DNA from: the human T2T-CHM13v2.0 reference genome, Homo sapiens | Reading direction: 5' to 3' (one strand) | Assembly: GCF_009914755.1 (NCBI RefSeq) | Contig: NC_060941.1 | Length of the DNA: 64,000 nucleotides | In this document: positions 44,309-64,000 of the stretch, piece by piece | Layout of the letters: the number at the start of each line of letters is the position of its first letter | Position numbering within the stretch: the first letter of the stretch is position 1 | Program-made: the position numbers and the translations under genes | The notes under the pieces: model-generated | What the model was told of the DNA's origin: nothing | Databases searched by the model: none | What the model saw: the letters and a program-made list of their open reading frames with translations, nothing else

Positions 44309-45146
44309 CTACCTGTCCTGTGTCCATCCCGTGAATGACCCACACATGTGCGGAGTGATCACTCATAAAGAAGGGGACAAGGGTAATTGGACCTGCGTCT
44401 GCTCTACCACGGACCTGCTGTGTGACCTTGGGAAAGGCCCATTTCCCACAGAGCCTGAGTCTTTTCTCCCTAAGGACCCGAGGCGGGCAGCCTGCCCACT
44501 TGGTTCTATGGGTGTTTTCCTTACTAAAAGGATCGGGGCTTGAACTCACCAGGGGAATCCTCAGCCAGATCACAGCCCCTGGGAAGTGGTGGGAAAGCAG
44601 GTGTCTGGAGGAAAGGATCAAGGCGGGCACCGTGAGACCCCACACCCAAGGAAAACCGGAGTTCAGGCTTTATCCAACGTGTTCCCTCCTAACAGTAGGG
44701 AGGGAGGGAAAAGGCCTCCTGGCCTCAGGTCAGAGAGGGAGTCAGGTCATTCCTACTGTTCCAAAGAACAGAGAAGTGGGCTCTGGTCTTACAGACTGGA
44801 GTAAGATGGGGAGGCTCTGGCTGCTGACTTCATCCCTCCACCAACAAGAGCTGCATCTGGTTTTATCCTGAATTACCCAAGAACAAGCACATCTTTCTAC
44901 AAAGAGGACTCAAAGTGCTAAATGCAAATGTGATCCCAGCTTTGGCGTATTGGACTCCAGTGGAGCCTCTTGCATTCTGTGTGTACCCACTGTACATGTG
45001 GGTGTGTTGCCAGCCCAAATAATCCCGTTCTGCTATTGGAATCTATGCCCTTATAGGAGGAATGTCTCCCAGTCTATCCTACCACATCTCAAATAAAAGA
45101 GCAGGACTCCATGAGCTTGAATGCCAGTATTCATCACGGCACACTA

Positions 45147-45662
<516 letters not shown>

Positions 45663-46923
45663 AAGAGTAGACCCCCGGGTGTCCAGGCTCCCTCCATGCT
45701 AGGGTTCCACTGTCTCACACAAAGGGCCTCACTGATACTTTGGAAACGTCAGTCACCAGGTAGGAAGGAATCATGAGAAGGGCTGCTAGGGCCAAGCCTT
45801 AAGCGGCATGCATCACTTCCACACTCATTCTCCCTGCTGGTGCTCAGGCTCAGGGGCCCACCTAACTTCAAGGGAGCTGGGAAACACAGGCCAGCCCTGT
45901 CCAGGTATCAAAGAAAATGGCTTTGCTGACCACTTATCTAGTCCATCGCAAGTTTCCTTCCACCATAGTTCCAGGTTCTCAAGACGCTTTTAACTCTCCC
46001 TGGGAATAACCAAGTTTATTTACTCATCCTCCATAATGGGGTCTCCTCACTAAGGGAGGAAAGCAATTAAGTAGCACACCCCAAGAGGTCCCCACCTCTA
46101 AATCCCTAGCTAATCCTCCATTCCCACGCCAGCAGCTTTCCTGGGAAGCTGCTTCTACCTACTGTCAAAAATTGGTTCCCATTGAGGGCAGCTGTTCTTA
46201 AATTAACCAAAACAAGGCTTAGAGGGGAAGAAACATTTGGAGAGACAGCTGATGGCTTCAATGAATCAGAGGAAGCCTCTTTGCTGCTGTCATCCCGCTG
46301 CCAAGCCTCTGCTCCCGATGGGCCAAAGGACATCTTTCATGTTCTTTCCTCAGATCTGAACTCGGGGCCGTTTGCAAGTCCCGGAGATGGGGGCTTCTGA
46401 TGCTGGCCCCAGGAACTGACTGGGCAGCCCTGAGGGGCCGGGAAAAGATGCAATATCCCAGAAAAAGAAAAGGCATTTCTAAGAGACAAATGCAAAATTG
46501 TCAGCAGGATGAGTACAAAGTTTTGAGATCAGTGTCACTTGTCTTGCTTAGAATTCCCCAAACGGGTCCTGAAAAGGAGCTGTGAAAGAACTGAAGACTC
46601 AGTGTTGGCCGTTTGCAATATTTATTACAAAAAAAAGGACGTCCGCAGAAGGTCGCGGTGTTCACATTGACACAGAGTATGCAGCAGGCTCCCCGAGGCG
46701 ACGCATCCCTCACACACTGGCAGGAGCTGCCACGGCTACAAGAAGGTTGTGAAAATTCACTCTCATCTACAGCCAGGAAGTGGGGGTTCTGCCAGTGTAC
46801 AGAGGGCACCTGAACACGGGGCTCCCAGAAGGTAAATGGAAGGTCAGGACTGCTGGAGTGCTGCCAAGGGGTGTACAGAGGTGACCCCAGGGTGGCAGCA
46901 TGCATAATGATTATAACAACAGG

Positions 46924-47450
<527 letters not shown>

Positions 47451-47545
47451 CCTTCATTCTATTTTGATCTCTGATGTGGCCTTAGAGATAACAGGACGGG
47501 TACCTCCGAGATAATCTCTGAGGGACCCCTGAGTAGCCATTATCA

Positions 47546-47954
<409 letters not shown>

Positions 47955-48488
47955 TCACCTGTAAGTTTTGAACGTCACTCCTCTGTCACCATGCAGAGGG
48001 GGTATGCTTAAGGGATGGCATCACTCCAGGTAAGGCTATGAGGAGCAGTGACAGCAGGGACAAAGACCCAACTCTGGGGTCAGGGGGCGAGCTATGGTTC
48101 AAAGCCAGCTCTGGACAAGTTACTTAACCTCTCCAGCGCTTAAATTCTTCAACCATAGAACTGGGGGGTGGGGGGAGAATCCACCTCAAAGATTACTGAC
48201 TGGATAGATTAAGTTACCTGGGCAGGTGTATCCACTGAGTTCTGGCAGGAATTCAAAGAGCAAGAATCCAATGGTATCCTCAATTTGGGCAATTTGAGGA
48301 AAATTGTTAAAGGGAACTCTTCAAAGGACAGAGCAGGCAGGATATAGGGAAACAGTAAGGAATGGTGCCTGTGGCGCCCCAGGCCTGGGAACAGCCAGGA
48401 GCCGTGACCACCCCTAGGAATGAGGGGAACCCCAGAATAAAGTGTGGTCAGCAGAATGATCCCCCCACCAAAGATATCTACCTCGTAA

Positions 48489-48855
<367 letters not shown>

Positions 48856-48924
48856 AAAAGTCTTAAAATGGGGAGATCATCCTGGATTATCTGGGTGGGC
48901 CCAGTGTAACCACAAGGCTCCTTA

Positions 48925-49357
<433 letters not shown>

Positions 49358-49519
49358 CTAGAGCCTCCAGAAGGAATGCAATCCTACCAACAGGACTAAA
49401 GTCAACCAATCATTGATTCCAGTCCCATGTGACCCATTTCAGATTTCTGAACTCCAGAACTGTAAGATAATAAATGTGGGTTTGTAGATTTGTTATAGTA
49501 GCAATAAGAAACCAGCGCA

Positions 49520-50137
<618 letters not shown>

Positions 50138-52475
50138 TCAGCGTATTAAACAGTCAGGACAGAAGACCCCCACCTACACAAGGAAGAAAGCTGGGGGAAC
50201 AAAAGCCCTGACCCCACTCTCCTCCAGCCCCCAATCTCCTACAGGGGCTTCCAATGGGAAGAACCCACTGGAAGCCAGAGGGAGCCATCGGCGTATCACC
50301 CACAGGATCATCTTCCAGAGCAGGGTGCAGGAAGGAGGGTGGAGAGTGGATTGAAGAGACCAACGGGAGACAACCAGCACAGTACGGCAGCTTGACCAAA
50401 CTCTTTGCTGGCTAACATATTAATTATCAAAGAGGAAGGGGCTACATGGGAGTCTTGAACCGGGTCCCAAGAAGGAGGAGCAGGACACCTGTACTCCAGC
50501 TGGAAATTAAGACTCACCCTACCCTCAGGACAGAATCCAAGAAGACAGACACAGATCTGGGGCACAGTGGACGGAAATGCCCCAGAACTTCCTGGGAAAG
50601 GGGTCCTTCAAGAGCCTAACAGCCATGCTGGAGGCCAGCCAGTAGGGTGACCAACCCAGAGACCACCACCCCTCATCCTATCTTAACCACCCAATCCCAG
50701 TCCTGGCCATCCCTCCTCAATGCCATGCCCTTCACGGATGAGATTCTGCTGGGTACAGAGAAAAGCCCAGGGTTCCAGGCATCAGTTGGGGTGGTCATTG
50801 CTCCTAGTTTGGGCTCTGGCCAGCTGATACTGTCCAGTGTCAGATCTGGACATCCTCAGGCCCTGCCATCAGAAACTAACATTTCACAGATCAGCTTAGC
50901 TCAAACACAGCCTCACCACTAGCCAATATGGGGACTGCAAATTAGAAAAAGCTACCCCCTTCCTCAAAACACTTTCCTGCCATCTATTGGGAACTTGTAG
51001 TAACTACACATATCTAAGATAGATGACAATGAAATTGAGGAGTAGGGGGTGGAGACAGTGCTGGAATTGTTCAATGCACAACCTGCACAACTGTAAGTGG
51101 CTGCCATTCCCAAACTTCCTCCACCACATTACAGGACTTCTGCTGCACCAGCATCTTACATGGGCCTCTTCTCTTCCAATGCTGCTCTCTTGCCGAAACT
51201 ATTACAGCAGTCTCCAAATTGATCTCCCCCTTTCAATGCAACCTTACACCTGCCACAGAGACATCTTTCTAGAATATTCATCTGATCATTTCCCTTGCCA
51301 GTGGAAGCTTTTCAGAGGCCCCTCCCTGGCATTCAAGGTCCCCTGGATCTGGTCCTGTTCAATCTTGGCAGCCTTTTCTCCCATGACTCTTGTCCTATAC
51401 AGGTACATACTGGCCTCCACCTGGGCTCTCTCTGAGCCCTACCCTGGCCGCAGACTCACCCCATATTCAGTGCCTGCTCTGGCCTTCAACCCATGTCCCA
51501 GGCAGGACAAATCCCAGGTCGGGTGCCAATAGCCCCCTCCCAAGTGAGGGCTGTGGCAAGCTGGGACAATATGAGATGCCACTGTGGTCTAACTTCAACT
51601 CCCAGCCTCCGTGTCCCAGCTGTGCCCTTACACTTCTTATCTCTTCTCCTGTCTGGGCCGCTCCCATTCATCAGGGACAATGAGCCCCATCTGCAGAGGC
51701 TGAGTATCCTTCTTGAGTCCCACCCACTGGCTCCTGGCCCCCCTCAGACTCCCACAGGTGGAAGAAGGAGTTTCCCAATAGTAAGAAGGGCCAGTCCCCA
51801 GGTGCGCTGTCTCCAGGCTGGGCAGGAGTGGCAGCAGGGACCAGGCTGCAGTGTTCTGAGGACCATCAGTAATTCCTCTTGCTCAGAGACAAGGGCAAGC
51901 TCAGTGCCTCTGTTCCAATTACCCAGAGAGAGGCTCACTGTGGCTACATAATTAATACTCTAATTGGGGGTCACTCTAACTCCAACAGTCCTTCAGGGAG
52001 TGTTGGGAGGTGGAGATATGACATAGGGGAAAGACAGGGAATGATGGGGTACATCCTGTCGCCCAGGCTGGACATCCCTGGGGTTGCAGACGCTGGCCCT
52101 GGGAGGGCCATTCCCCAGTGTGGGAGGGGCTGGCAGAACAGGGCCAACCCGTGGTGTTCAGGGCCCAGGAAAATGTTATGAAATACACATCTATATCAGA
52201 AATTTGAGTCACCCCAAATTCAGCATGTCCCACCACCATGCTGGCTGCTTAGTCTTGCACAATCCCGTGAAAGAAATACCACCCCAGCCAACAGGGGCAA
52301 CCTGCTCTCTAGGCTTCCCTTCTGGAACCAGGGTCCCGCCACAGGGCTCTGGGATGGCCCCATGGATATGCACCCTGGCTCTCCCCATCTAGTAGACCCC
52401 ATAGTTGAAGGTGGGAAGGGGTTAGAGGGATAGAGGATAAGACAGTGCCCCTAAGAACAGGGACCAAACCAGGAC

Positions 52476-52890
52476 TATTTTGGGTTGAATCGTGTCCTCC
52501 TCCCAAAAGATGTGTTGAAGTCCTAACCCCTAGAACCTCAGAGTGTGATCTTATTTAGAAACAGGGTCTTTGAAGAGATAATCCAGTTAAAATGAGATCA
52601 TTTGGGGGCAGGTGCTAATGCAATATAAGTGTCCTTATAAAAAGAAGGAGTTTGGGCACAAAGACAGTCACGGAAGGAAGACAATGTAAGCAGACACAGG
52701 GCGAAGATGGCCATCTACAAGCCACGGCCTGAAGCTACCGGAAGACAGGAGAGAGGCCAGGGCAGACCCTTCCCTGGGGTCTTCAGAGCCCTGGCGACAC
52801 CTTGATTTCAGACTTCCCATCTCCATTGCTGCGAGACAAGAAGCTTCTTAGTGTGTGGCTCTGTGACTGCAGCCCTAGGGCACTATGACA
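52476..52890 (+). mobile_element. MaLR LTR (MLT1B-like)
   Basis: gggttgaatcgtgtcctcc...gttgaagtcctaacccc...gcagccctagg. Confidence 0.8.
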
Positions 52891-53000
52891 AGGGCCCACC
52901 CACGTCTCAGTCTGGTCTTGGGGCTCCCTGGCCAGAGGGCACTAGGACCCCTGTCCAGGCTCAGGCAACTAGAAAAGGCATTTAGAAAATGCCAAGAAAG

Positions 53001-53301
<301 letters not shown>

Positions 53302-55675
53302 AGAAAATGCCAAGGAAGACTTTCCAAAGTGCGGGGGCCCCTGAGGCCCAGGCCCAGGGAAGGACGCCCCGGCCTTGGTCTAAGGATGGTAAAGGGTCTG
53401 GCAATATTTCAGCAAAGAAAGTGACATTGGCATGAATGGGGCCTCGTGCCCACCTCCAGGGATGGTTCTCACCCACTATCCCCTGGAACTTCCGATCCTT
53501 TGGGGGGCAAACCTGACAGTTAGCAAAAAGACCCACCTTTCCGCAGCCTCACCTGGGACCATGGTAAGCCACAGTCCCAGTCTACATGGGTCTGGGGGAG
53601 CTGTCCGCCACATGATGCTCAGTGCAAAAGCCAGGAGCATCCTAAGCAAACGGGCTGGTTTGTCCCGCTGCATACGACCCCACTCTGCTCCCTGCCTGCA
53701 GGGGATTCATAGGGAAAACAGTGCCAGCTCCTCACCCGGCAGTGCCTCCACCCCTTGCCAGTGACACATAATCAGTTCTCCATCCCCTTCTTTGCCTGGC
53801 AGCCCCCCTAAGGGCCCTCCCTATTTGCCCGGGTCACTCAAAGGGGTTAGCAGCTGCCATGGCCCCCTCACCTTACCCTGGAGGAGGTGTGGGCCCCAAA
53901 GCCCCCAGGCTGTGCTTACTGTCCAGGTTCAGGTCACCCTCCTCATCCTCACCTTAACAGCCTCCTCTGTGGTCTCTGCTTTCCCCTCCTCTCCCCCTCG
54001 CCCACTCCCCACAATGGCAAGTCAACTTCTGTGAATACAGGTCTGACCAGGCCACTCTCCAGCTAAAAGCCTGCCCTGGTTTCCCATTGCTCTCAAGAAA
54101 GCAACCAGAATCCTCATGATGCCACCTCGGCCTTTGCAGCCACGAGCCTCCTTGCCACAAGCATCCTGCCCTTTGCTTCCGTCACTTCCAATCAATCCAT
54201 TTCCCAGAGAGGCCATCCCAGTGCTCAGGCTGGGGCGGGCCCATTCCATGCTCCCCCAGTGCCCTGGGCCTTCCGCAGAGCCCTCATCACACCTGCGATG
54301 GTGGGAACAATGGTGGCTGTGGCTTTCTTCAACACACCAAGACGATGATTAATGACCCTCAGACAAAGACCATCAGGATCACACCTCTGGTTGAACCCAT
54401 TGGGCTCATGGGCCCTTGCACACACATCATGGCAACTGTGGGTGTCCCAGTAAGAGAGTGCTAGAAAGAACCTATCATAGGATTGGGCCAATGTTATACG
54501 GCCTGGGAGAGAGGGTAAGGAAGCAGGGCTTTGCTCTGGGTGGAATGCTGTCAAGAAGGAGGGATAACTGATTGGAGATCTTCATCAATCTCATCTAGCT
54601 GGAGGAAGACCAGCCTACGGCTGAAGCTGCCATTAGCAAAGAAACCTATTAGTTTCCCCATCTGCGCTATAAGATGTTGAACTAAACGTTTTCTGAAGGC
54701 CCTTACCCTTGTAAGAATAGAGGCATGTTTTTCAGAAAGAAATGGACTCATTGAGCCAGTATTTCTGAGCCCCCGGAATGGGTCGGGCATAATTCTAGCC
54801 ACTGAGGATACAGCAGTGAACAAAGCAGGCAAAATCCTCTGTCCTCCAGAGACTGTCACACTCAGTAAGAGCTGCCAGCCCCGAGACTGCTGAGAAAAGA
54901 CAAATGCTCCACTACATCTTCAAATGATGGGTGGCAAGAGGAAAGGCGAGATTCTTTGTTCATCAGATTCTCGCACTAATGAGGATACCTGAAGTAATGG
55001 AGCAATTGTAATTAGGCCAGGAACTCTGTAGACTTGAAACCACCATAAATAAGAATGCTAGTTTACCTAACCTTTCCATTAAAACCTCAAGCGGGAGAGG
55101 AATGGAGAAAGAGGCTGAGCAAGGAGCAGCCGCCTATCCCGAGCGCTCAGAGGTGGTCAAGATGACGCCTCACTCATGGACCGTTCCATCAAGGTGAAAT
55201 TCAAGACAGACGCTCCAGGTACAAAACTTGGCAAGCCCAGGGAGGAAGATTAAAAACCCGCATGCAGATGTCAGCTGTCAAAGCAACCACACCTGGACTG
55301 CCACAGCGTCCTCACAGGCAGCTGACATGGTGAGGAGCTGTTACTGGGGGGAAATCGGGACACGGGTAAGCCTCAGGCAGCCCCTCCATCCTAAGCTCCC
55401 TCCACCCTAAACTATTGTTGAGACCCTATAGAAACAATGGCCTTGCAGGAAACTGAAAGTAGTTTACTCACCGTGCAGCTCAAGCAGCACGAGAGTGGCC
55501 TGTGACGTGGAGGCAGATGGCGTCCGAGAGAGACTCTCAGAGCAACACTACAACAGACTTGTGTTCTGCATCACAAAGACATCTTGTCACCTGGTCCCCA
55601 GCTGCTCTTCCACACAAACACCACGCCCTGTGGTGGCTGTGGAACCTCCCCTCTCCACTGTTAAGACACACCATT

Positions 55676-55974
<299 letters not shown>

Positions 55975-56021
55975 TTACCTGGTTAATCCACATTTTGCTC
56001 AGGTCTTCATTAGTAAATTTA

Positions 56022-56356
<335 letters not shown>

Positions 56357-56747
56357 AAAAATAAAGCCCTGAGGAAAGGGTTTCCTTGAGTTCCCCCCAA
56401 CCCCCTGTAAGAAAAACTAGATCTAACTAGAGCGCCATGCTCCGATCTAGTTAGTTCAAGTCATCTTCAATCTCATCACTTATTGGTGATCTACAGGTGG
56501 AAGGATCCCAAGCTTGCATCCAACTCATGTGCATCAACTCTGGGCTCAGCCACTTGCAGCTGTGAGCCAGGCAGCCCATATTCCTCCCTAAGCTGAGACT
56601 CCTTTGCCAAATGGAGCCAATGATGACCACTTGAGGTGGGGAGGTGGCACTCACAAAGAGGTGCTGCTGTTACTTCCCAGGGCTTGCACCAAGCCTCCTG
56701 CAGAGCCACACTGGTGAAAGTTGAACTGTTTGCTAAGTTAAATATGA

Positions 56748-57635
<888 letters not shown>

Positions 57636-57788
57636 TCTGACTGAGGTTGCCTGGCCATTTCTCACAGACAGGGAGGCGCCTTGGCCCCAGGACAAGCAAC
57701 ACCTGCACCTGTGCTGTATTCCTTTGCCACGTTTGCAACTCCAGATGCAGGCCAGGCCCTTAGATGTCACTTCTGGTTAGACCTTCTC

Positions 57789-57802
57789 CCAGCAGGTGGC
57801 CC
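57789..57802 (+). promoter_or_regulatory. Weaker candidate CTCF site
   Basis: CCAGCAGGTGGCCC core match. Confidence 0.3.
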
Positions 57803-58449
57803 TGCCATGGAGGGCATCAACTGAGGCTGTGGGAGGCAGCCGTGTCCCAGGGGCTGGAAAATGCCAGCTCTAATACCCATTTGTGGCATCTGGGCTTAAG
57901 TTCAAATTCTGCCCACACCCCTGAGGAGCTGGAGACACTGTGTGTGTTCTCAGCCTCCTCGGCTCTCCTCTGCTCCCTGCATCCTGGTGGAGATGTGATA
58001 CCTGCTCAGGCAGGGTCTTGGCAGCCAACAGGTGGCTTATGCAAACAGAGTAGCCACAGAAGCAGAATGAAGATGCGGGAGGGATTGAGAAGCCAGTAAG
58101 GAATGGGGGGAGCTAGCAAGAACGAGCAGGGGTGGGAAGCCATTGCTGTGCTGAGGCTGCAGGACCTGGGGAGGCACTGCTTGGAGACCAGTGAGAGCCG
58201 TGGCCGGGGACACCTGCTGTGACCACAGGTAAAGAGCGCAACCCCTGCCAGACTGCAGCCCAGCGAGGAGGGAATCAGAAAAGCAAACAGCCCAGTGCCC
58301 TCCTCCCGCAAGCAGGTCTCCTGCTGCTGCCTCCTGCCGGCCAAACCCAACGGGAAGGCAGAGGGCACGGGAGCCAGGACATATGTAGGCTGAGCCTCTA
58401 GGGCACCCACCAGCGAGGCAGAGGACAGATCGGAGACCCACAGAGACTA

Positions 58450-59240
<791 letters not shown>

Positions 59241-59609
59241 TATTGCCCCTGCACAATACCCGAGGAAGGGGGTGTCCCTCGGGCCACTCAGCCCCTTACT
59301 GCTGACCCAAAGGACTCCCTGGTCTCAGGGTGTCTGTCAACTCCAGAGGTCAGTATGGTGGCTCCTGCCTGGGAGCAAATGCCTTGGTTTGGTTAACTAG
59401 TAATGATTCCTGAGGACGTGCCAGGCCAAAGGGGGCTTCAAAACCCACACAAGGTCGTTTCGTGCTGACCCTTCCAACTGCTCCCAAACAAAGGCTATTG
59501 GCATTGCCGCAGGTTGCTGCCTGATAGAAGTTTCACATTCTCTCCTTTTTTAAAAAAAAATGCATCATACCCACATACGAAGCATCCAGTGAAGGAGGCA
59601 GCACAGTAT

Positions 59610-59649
59610 AGAAAAGAAAAGAAAAGAAAAGAAAAGAAAAGAAAAGAAA
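59610..59649 (+). repeat. (GAAAA)n microsatellite
   Basis: Direct reading. Confidence 0.95.
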
Positions 59650-59930
59650 GCCCCAGCCCAGACTCCTGGAAACCTGATGCCAATCCTGGAGCTACTGCCC
59701 CTCTCTAAGCCTCAGTTTCCCCATCTGTACAAGGGGTTGGGACTGAGTTGCCTCCAAGGACCTAGTTTGCTGGCAGCCTCATTCCATAGTTCTAAATGCC
59801 TCCTTTCCTGTCATCAGCTTGCCTGACCTTGTGACCTGCAGCGTCAGGGATGGTCAGGGCTGATGGAGAACCGCCACATCCGGAGCCCAAAGCGGCCATC
59901 TCCTGCCCTGGGGACCCGTCTGCTTGGTCT

Positions 59931-59950
59931 CTGCTGCCACCTGCTGGCAA
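59931..59950 (-). promoter_or_regulatory. Candidate CTCF site
   Basis: Minus strand TTGCCAGCAGGTGGCAGCA matches CCASYAGRKGGCRS exactly; outside any repeat I recognise. Confidence 0.5.
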
Positions 59951-60985
59951 CTTGAAAACAAAGCCTTCCGGCTGGATCTCCGGGAAAGAAGCCCTTGGAA
60001 GAGAGGCCCTGCAAACTATTGCAACTGCCCGCCCAGACCTGACCAGCCACGCCCTTCCTTTAGGTTGGTTTTCAGGGAGCAGAAGGAAGCCCATGCAGCA
60101 ACCAGAGCCCTGGATGGGAGGCTGCCTGCATCTCTCCCCATGTCTGCCTCCCGCCTCCTCTGCACTAGGAAGATGGGGTGTGGGATGCGGCAGTTTCTGA
60201 ACAGTGGTTCTACTGGCCCAGCCTCTGCCTTCAGAGGATTGTAACAATAGGACAAGGGTCCCTGTGCACCCTCTCTCCAGGGTATCTCCACCACATGCTA
60301 TGGGCTTCCTGGTCCCTATCCCCTTTTTCCTGTTTTCAGACATCCAGAGGCATCAGAAGGGGAGCTGTCCACACGGGATGAGCCGGACAGGACCAAGCCC
60401 GAGCATAGGCTGCATTCGGGCCTCTGTCCAGCCAGGAAGCCCACAGGCCACGTTCTCACCACAAATGAGGGGGGCACCCTCGCTGCTCGTTGTCCCCAAA
60501 AGAAAGGGTAGCTGGTAGGATAGCTACATTCAGACAATGGACAGGGCAAAGGAGACTGGGAAGTCTGCGAGCCACAGTCCCTGGCCCCGAAGTAATGCCC
60601 CTTGCCAGGCCCCTCATCTGTTTCTGAGCCACACTCGACTCTGGCTGCCCAGACAACATCCAGGCCTTTCCCCGTAGGCAGCGCTGCCAGGAGGCAGCAG
60701 TGAAGGTCCCCTTGGCTCTCTGGCCCCAGCCTCCCTCCCTGTTCCACCTTCTGCAGTTCGAGGCACTCGCTTTGGCCTCAGGACACACCTGCCTTGCTCC
60801 CTCTGCAGGCCATAACATCCCCTTCCTCTGACCTCTTCTAAAATCTCCTCTCTCACGTGGTTCCTTCATACTATGGCCCACTGGACTACTGAGCCTAATC
60901 ATCCAAAAATTGAAACCCCTTTTCTTCAAGGGTGGGAAGGCTTACACATCAAACCTTCTAGTACTGCAAGAAAAAAGGAAGAAGA

Positions 60986-61288
60986 GGCCGGGCGCGGTGG
61001 CTCACGCCTGTAATCCCAACACTTTGGGAGGCCGAGGTGGGCAGATCACCAGAGGTCAGGAGTTCGAGAGCAGCTGGCCAACATGGTGAAACCCCGTCTC
61101 TACTAAAAATACAAAAAATTAGCCAGGCACAGTGGCACACACCTGTAATCCCAGCTACTCAGGAGGCTGAGGCACGAGAATTGCTTGAACCTGGGAGGTG
61201 GAGGTTGGAGGTTGCAGTGAGCCGAGATCAAGCCAGTGCATTCCAGCCTGGGCAACAGAGTGAGACTCCATCTCAAAAAAAAAATGAA
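60986..61288 (+). mobile_element. AluS
   Basis: Full dimer, TSD ~AAGAAAAAAGGAAGA. Confidence 0.97.
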
Positions 61289-61495
61289 AAAGAAAAAAGG
61301 AAGAGGAGAAGAGAAGAAAAACATAAAACACTGCCATGTTAAAATGTACATTATCACTCCAGATGCCAGAAATATCCTCATTCTGGTGTCCCAGGGGTCA
61401 CGAAATTGGAACCACAGAGAAAGCAATGCAGTGGAAGCATTGCGCTGGGCCCTGTGGGGAAACACACCTACACAGCCACAATCATGCAAATGCTG

Positions 61496-61501
61496 TTTAT
61501 T
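61496..61501 (-). terminator. Distal polyadenylation signal AATAAA
   Basis: tttatt on + strand; GU-rich downstream element on the minus strand (TGTGGCTGTGTAGGTGTGTTT). Confidence 0.75.
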
Positions 61502-61904
61502 GATTTTCAGATTGTAGAATCAACCTATGGACAAAGCACAGAAGATTTAGTTTTGCTTACAGAGCAGAAGGTAGATGTTAACAACAAGGAAGATGGAAAA
61601 GTAAAGTACATCAGAACTTTAGGGATACAGTTAGCGCTGGGGGAACCCCTGCTGGGTGGAGACAAGCTCTGGGGCAGAAGAGAAGCCCAGGAAGCCCTTG
61701 GCAGTTGACTACGTGGCCCTGGGCTGGATACTTCGTCGCCCCCCTGCCCCACCCCACACACCTGGGTGGTGCTAGAGGATGTCGCTGGCGTGATAGCCCC
61801 TCCTCGTACCCGTCCTTTAGGGAGGACGAAGAGGAGGGAGAGAGTTGGAAGGGGAAGGTCCCAACGCTGCCATGCTCATCAGACACAGAAGGAGGTCACC
61901 AGAC

Positions 61905-62746
<842 letters not shown>

Positions 62747-63016
62747 TAGAGAGCTCTAAGTGTCCTGCGTAAAGTTACAAAAATCACCGAGATGACCCCC
62801 AAATGTAACTATCCAAAATGGGGAGACAGGGAGGGGTATCAGGCATGAGAAAGGATCAGAGCATCAAATCCTCATTTGTCATTGACATGGGGTAAAATCT
62901 AGAAACTGATTTAAACAGATTACTTGGAAATAGAGAAAACTACCAGAAGAATTAAAAACAGGGTCAATTAAAACCATGGCACGGAAGGAATGAGAGGGGT
63001 AGAGGAGAAAACTACT

Positions 63017-63022
63017 TTTATT
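63017..63022 (-). terminator. Proximal polyadenylation signal AATAAA
   Basis: tttatt on + strand, ~180 nt after the stop; U/C-rich sequence downstream on the minus strand. Confidence 0.75.
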
Positions 63023-63200
63023 CATAAGCTCTTCTGTACCCTTGGGATTGTTTTTTTTTTTTTTTACCATGGGTGTGTCTGACTTTGATTTCAAAAATTA
63101 ATTTTAAATTTTAAAAAGTGACACCACGATCCTGGTCAATCGAACCAGAAGTGACCAGGCCACTTGCTCCCTGCCTGGGTGGCTGTGGGCCTCAGGGGGC

Positions 63201-64000
<800 letters not shown>

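Noticed and set aside
52924-52943. CTCF-like CCAGAGGGCACTA (and 1894-1908)
   Set aside because: Mismatch at highly conserved core positions.

Overview
Human-type genomic DNA that I assign to chr17p13.2 from the one recognisable gene fragment: the terminal coding exon (exon 6) of AIPL1 on the minus strand (63571->63201), with its 3'UTR and two AATAAA signals (63017-63022, 61496-61501). The other ~61 kb is non-coding downstream sequence dominated by interspersed repeats: about 35 Alus, young and old L1s, MaLR/ERVL/ERV1 solo LTRs, MIR/L2, DNA transposons and simple repeats. Almost all listed ORFs are repeat-derived or chance. I see no new protein-coding system. The most interesting sequence-level signals are (1) a predicted MIR-derived cryptic 71-nt exon just upstream of AIPL1 exon 6, which would give a truncated protein predicted to escape NMD; (2) an L1PA2 insertion with a ~100-bp 3' transduction; (3) an antisense ERV1 LTR inside the AIPL1 long 3'UTR that keeps its TATA box but has a degraded poly(A) signal; (4) a 33-bp-period array with a conserved 16-bp palindromic core; (5) trimeric Alus and a poly(A)-tailed LTR fragment; (6) motif-dense candidate regulatory sites (RFX, CTCF, CRX). 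Repeat subfamily names come from my recall of consensus sequences, and boundaries are approximate unless TSDs are given.
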